Assembly (NCBI GenBank): GCA_021833625.1
Contig: JAKBEU010000002.1
Span: forward strand, 259,332-323,331
Origin: a bacterium
Lineage (GTDB): Bacteria > Patescibacteriota > Microgenomatia > UBA1406 > GWC2-37-13
Direction: 5' to 3'
DNA length: 64,000 bases
Part shown: piece by piece, positions 60,596-64,000 of the stretch
How the letters are laid out: every line of letters starts with the position of its first letter
How positions within the stretch are numbered: the first letter of the stretch is position 1
Program-made: the position numbers and the translations under genes
Notes under the pieces: generated by a model
Databases searched by the model: none
What the model saw: only the letters and a program-made list of their open reading frames with translations
What the model was told of the DNA's origin: nothing

Positions 60596-61924
60596 ATGAA
60601 AACAATGGAAGACGCCTATGTTATCCGGGGAGGAAAACCATTAAAGGGGTTTGTGCAGTTGTCGGGTGCAAAAAACGTTGCGCTCAAAACGGTTATTGCA
60701 GCGCTTTTATTTAAAGGACCGGTTGAACTGCACAATATTCCTGAAATCCGCGACATAGACGAGCTTATCCACCTTTTGGAACTGTTGGGAGCAAAAACAG
60801 AGCGCACAGAGGGGTCACTTCGCATTGATGCGACAACGCTGAGTACACATGAGGTTGATATGTTGCACGGATCCAAAATCCGTACGTCGTTTCTTTTGTT
60901 TGCCCCGCTTTTGTATCGTTTCGGAAAGGCCTCAATCCCTAATCCCGGAGGATGCAGAATAGGTGCACGGCCCATTGACCGAATAGTAAACGGAATGAAA
61001 AATCTTGGGGTAAAGGTGAATTATGAAAGTGAAACGGGATATTACAATGCAACGCTTTCCGGCAAACCAAAGGGCAACTATGTATTCGAAAAACCGTCCC
61101 ACACGGGAACGGAGTTTATGATAATGCTTTCCGTTTTTTGTGAAGGAGTTACAAAAATTGAAAATGCCGCACTCGAGCCGGAAATAGACGATCTTATCGC
61201 ATTCCTTAATGAAGGAGGAGCGAAGATAAAACGAGAGGGAACTTCCATTCTTGTGACGGGTGTTGAGTCTCTGTCGCAGAAAAAACCATACAAAATAATG
61301 GCTGACCGCAATGAAGCGGTAACGTACGCCATTTTGGGTCTTATCACAGGGGGAGATGTAACAGTGAGTTTTGTTGCCGACTCCGAATTCATGACATTTG
61401 TCTCTGCTGTGAAACAGGTTGGCGGAGGAGTGGAAAAAACCGATAAAGGATGGAGATTCTTTGCAAAAGGACCGCTTTCGGCGTCCCAAATTGTGACCGA
61501 TGCACATCCCGGCTTTATGACTGACTGGCAACCCAACTGGGCAGTCCTTATGACGCAGGCTATGGGCGTCTCAACAATTCATGAACGTGTGTTTGAGAAC
61601 AGATTTGCCTATGTTGCGGAGTTACAGAAGTTGGGCGCTAGAATAGAGTTTGATATGAAAAAGATCGAAAATCCGAAGGATTACTATTTCTTCAATTACG
61701 ACGATAAAAAAGAATATAAACAGGCAATAAAAATATTCGGACCCCAAAAGCTTCACAACGGTGTGCTCACGGTGAGCGACTTGAGGGCTGGTGCAACCCT
61801 TGCCATTGCAGCGCTTCTGACGCAGGGCGAGTCGGTTGTCAACGGAGTCTCTATAATGGAAAGAGGATACGAAAAATTTATTGAAAAGGTTATTAATTTG
61901 GGAGGCGACATAAAAAGACTATGA
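60596..61924 (+). CDS. murA: UDP-N-acetylglucosamine 1-carboxyvinyltransferase
   Basis: 442 aa with GAKNVALK, the catalytic loop PGGCRIGARPID and FMTDWQ. Confidence 0.95.
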   Translation: MKTMEDAYVIRGGKPLKGFVQLSGAKNVALKTVIAALLFKGPVELHNIPEIRDIDELIHLLELLGAKTERTEGSLRIDATTLSTHEVDMLHGSKIRTSFLLFAPLLYRFGKASIPNPGGCRIGARPIDRIVNGMKNLGVKVNYESETGYYNATLSGKPKGNYVFEKPSHTGTEFMIMLSVFCEGVTKIENAALEPEIDDLIAFLNEGGAKIKREGTSILVTGVESLSQKKPYKIMADRNEAVTYAILGLITGGDVTVSFVADSEFMTFVSAVKQVGGGVEKTDKGWRFFAKGPLSASQIVTDAHPGFMTDWQPNWAVLMTQAMGVSTIHERVFENRFAYVAELQKLGARIEFDMKKIENPKDYYFFNYDDKKEYKQAIKIFGPQKLHNGVLTVSDLRAGATLAIAALLTQGESVVNGVSIMERGYEKFIEKVINLGGDIKRL

Positions 61925-63123
61925 GGATACATACGACTCTTATTCTTGCGGCAGGAGACGGGGACAGATTTTTGCCATTAAAAGACAAAATGAGATTCCG
62001 TTTCGGGGGCGTCCCTCTTATTAGAATGATTGTTGAGTACGCAAAAAAGATTTCTGAAACGGTTATTGTCGTATGCAGTGAACAGAATATCGACAAATTA
62101 AAAACTGACCTTGAGGGGACAAACATAAAATATGTCGTCCAACAGGGAAATGTCGGAGGAATGGCTGATGCCGTTTTGTCTGCCGGATCTTTCTTAACTC
62201 AAGACGTTCTTGTCCTTAACTCAAACGACCTTTTTGATTTTGAGTATCTTGAAAAAATGATTAAGGAAACGCAATATAAACATGCTGAGTTTGGTTTCCT
62301 CGCACAGGAACGGGACGTCTATTTTCCCGGAGGATATGTTGTATTTGAAGGAGACCTTCCTGTTGCTATTATGGAGAAGCCAGAGCCGAACAATGTTCCC
62401 TCCCACTTCGTGAAATTGACTGCAGATTATTTTCCTTATCCTCAACTGTTTATCGAATCACTAAATAGTGAAAAAAAAGGAGACGACCAATACGAAAAGG
62501 CGCTTTCTCTCCTTTTGAAGAAAAAAAATGCCGTTTGTATGAAATATAAAGGTGAGTGGGTGACGATAAAATACAGCTGGCAGGTGCTTGATGTGCAGGA
62601 CTATGTATTCAAAAAATTGACAAAACAACACATAGATTCCTCCGCACGTATTCATAAGACGGCCCTCATAGAAGGCGCAGTCCATATCGGAAAAAATGTT
62701 GCGGTGGGCGCATATGCAAAACTGTCAGGTCCTTGTTTTGTGGAAGACGGCGCCATAATCGGTGACTTCAGTCTTGTCAGAAATAGTACTATAGGAAAAA
62801 ATGCACTCGTAGGATCGGGGTGTGAAGTTGCCCGGTCCCATCTTTCGGGAGGGGTTATGTTACATCGCAACTATGTTGGCGACTCCGTTTTGTCCGAAAA
62901 TGTTCTGATGGGTGCAGGAGCCGTTACCGCCAACTTCCGTTTTGACAAAAAGGCAGTAAAAACTCCTATTAAGAATCAGCTGGTTGACTCCGGACGCGCC
63001 AAATTCGGACTTATTGCAGGAAATAACGTTAAAATCGGAGTGAACTCGATCCTACTGCCGGGAATAAAGCTTGGAGAAGGAGCGCTTGTCATGCCGGGCG
63101 AAGTTGTATCAAAAGACAAATAA
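61921..63123 (+). CDS. Sugar-phosphate nucleotidyltransferase with C-terminal left-handed beta-helix (GlmU-like)
   Basis: 400 aa. The N-terminus LILAAGDGDRFLPL marks the NTP-transferase fold. Hexapeptide repeats fill the C-terminal third. It has an ATGA overlap with murA. Confidence 0.7.
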   Translation: MRIHTTLILAAGDGDRFLPLKDKMRFRFGGVPLIRMIVEYAKKISETVIVVCSEQNIDKLKTDLEGTNIKYVVQQGNVGGMADAVLSAGSFLTQDVLVLNSNDLFDFEYLEKMIKETQYKHAEFGFLAQERDVYFPGGYVVFEGDLPVAIMEKPEPNNVPSHFVKLTADYFPYPQLFIESLNSEKKGDDQYEKALSLLLKKKNAVCMKYKGEWVTIKYSWQVLDVQDYVFKKLTKQHIDSSARIHKTALIEGAVHIGKNVAVGAYAKLSGPCFVEDGAIIGDFSLVRNSTIGKNALVGSGCEVARSHLSGGVMLHRNYVGDSVLSENVLMGAGAVTANFRFDKKAVKTPIKNQLVDSGRAKFGLIAGNNVKIGVNSILLPGIKLGEGALVMPGEVVSKDK

Positions 63124-63125
63124 CT

Positions 63126-64000
63126 ATGAAAAAAATTACCGTGATGGGAGGAGGAACAGGGACATTTGTGACATTAAGCGGACTAAAGCAGTACCCTATT
63201 GACTTGGGAGTCATTGTTAATATGATGGATTCGGGAGGATCAACCGGTCGGCTTCGCGTACAACTCGGAGTATTGCCACCGGGAGATATACGTCAGTGTT
63301 TTGTAGCACTGTCCGAAGCACCGGAATTATGGCGCAAACTATTTCTCTATCGGTTTGAAAACGGCGACCTTGAAGGTCATAACTTCGGCAACATATTTCT
63401 CTCGGCACTTGAAAAAGTTTCGGAAAATTATGACGAAGTATTAAAGACCGTCGGATATGTTCTCAAAACAAAAGGTTCCGTATTGCCCGTTACCTATGAA
63501 AAGACGCAGTTGTGTGCAGAGTATGAAAGCGGAGTCGTGGTGCAGGGGGAAGGGAATATCGACGAAAATATCTCGGAAAAAAGTCGCATAAAAAAAGCAT
63601 TCCTTGAACCCTCCGTTTCCGCAAACAAAAATGCAGTTGACCGTATTCTTGAGTCTGACATGATTGTCATAGGACCTGGAGACCTGTACACAAGCATTAT
63701 TCCACTTCTCCTTGTTGACGGGATTGCGGAGGCCCTGAAAAAAACCCACGCAAAATTGGTATACGTTGTCAACCTGATGACAAAATCGGGACAGACGAAT
63801 GGCTATAACGTCTCCGATCATGTGAACGATTTGGAGCGTTATATCGGGAGAAAGCTTGATTATATACTGGTGCACAATGGCAAAATAGAAAGCAGTATTG
63901 TAAAATGGTATGTATCGCATCATGAACAACAGGTAAACGACGACATTGGGAGTGATAGTCGCGTTATCCGCTTAGGGTTGGCCGACAATACCATTGTAAC
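63126..64000 (+). CDS. yvcK: YvcK/CofD-like (UPF0052) protein, 3'-truncated by the window end
   Basis: It is not in the supplied ORF track because no stop is reached. My translation from ATG 63126 gives MKKITVMGGGTGTFVTLSGLK ... MMDSGGSTGRLR ... VIGPGDLYTSIIP. The frame stays open to 64000. Confidence 0.85.
   Translation, partial: MKKITVMGGGTGTFVTLSGLKQYPIDLGVIVNMMDSGGSTGRLRVQLGVLPPGDIRQCFVALSEAPELWRKLFLYRFENGDLEGHNFGNIFLSALEKVSENYDEVLKTVGYVLKTKGSVLPVTYEKTQLCAEYESGVVVQGEGNIDENISEKSRIKKAFLEPSVSANKNAVDRILESDMIVIGPGDLYTSIIPLLLVDGIAEALKKTHAKLVYVVNLMTKSGQTNGYNVSDHVNDLERYIGRKLDYILVHNGKIESSIVKWYVSHHEQQVNDDIGSDSRVIRLGLADNTIV

Noticed and set aside
1-64000. A search for CRISPR arrays, rRNA, transposases/integrases, prophage structural genes, and recoded stop codons (code 4/25).
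   Set aside because: I noticed no regularly spaced direct repeats and no recombinase-like ORFs. All long genes are intact under the standard code, and TGA repeatedly functions as the stop in ATGA overlaps (for example 2112, 4528, 11595, 12686, 13882, 15318, 53008). There is therefore no evidence for UGA reassignment.

Overview
This is a gene-dense, AT-leaning bacterial chromosome segment with about 62 CDS and 1 tRNA. It uses the standard code: TGA serves as the stop in many ATGA start/stop overlaps. The gene content suggests a small-genome, CPR/Patescibacteria-like organism, but that is inference only. The supporting traits are a minimal Suf system, a 2-oxoacid:ferredoxin oxidoreductase, strings of overlapping glycosyltransferase genes, an orphan trpB, a DUF559 gene and convergent genes that almost touch.

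Layout:
- 5-7107: sufCB(D)SU, ferredoxin and korAB in one operon.
- 7170-9563: lon.
- 9572-17718 (minus): seven overlapping envelope-glycan genes (GT2, O-antigen-ligase-like, GT39, three GT4, FemAB).
- 17751-18436: tRNA-Met(CAU) followed by a SpoU methyltransferase.
- 18497-19048: RmlC-like cupin.
- 19051-22343 (minus): amino-acid ABC transporter and M20 peptidase, behind an unusually long structured leader.
- 22576-25114: TrpR/YerC-like regulator and a membrane-anchored beta-propeller protein.
- 25117-30875 (minus): second TrpR-like gene, then trpB, trpS, acyltransferase-3 and rarA.
- 30919-35006 (minus): dtd, PBP1A and metG.
- 35332-40325: rpsO, pnp and ftsK.
- 40348-44193 (minus): mltG, an AMP/thymidine-phosphorylase-family gene and murJ.
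- 44244-49354: mraZ, rsmH, ftsL-like, ftsI, murE-like and pgeF.
- About 49.4-55.6 kb: a visibly more AT-rich accessory island.
- 55592-58170: tspO, kbl and tdh.
- 58249-64000: murC, murB, murA, a GlmU-like gene and yvcK (runs off the window).

Main points of interest:
1. The island splits the dcw/mur genes and carries three tightly coupled two-gene modules. They are a stand-alone RelA/SpoT-fold synthetase plus a HEPN-like partner, an NPPF methyltransferase translationally coupled to a DUF262-HNH nuclease, and a degenerate UDG/Mug-like protein plus a DUF559 nuclease. The first pairing is the best candidate for an undescribed toxin/defence system.
2. An E. coli-like CTAG trp operator sits inside a consensus promoter of a TrpR-like/trpB/trpS locus.
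3. At least 15 sigma70-like promoters end 6-9 nt before a start codon, with no Shine-Dalgarno motifs. This implies pervasive leaderless, SD-independent expression.
4. The one exception is a roughly 170-nt leader with a terminator and alternative pairings upstream of the ABC transporter.
5. Three 10-bp-phased ATGG boxes lie at mraZ.

No CRISPR array, rRNA, transposase or integrase was seen.
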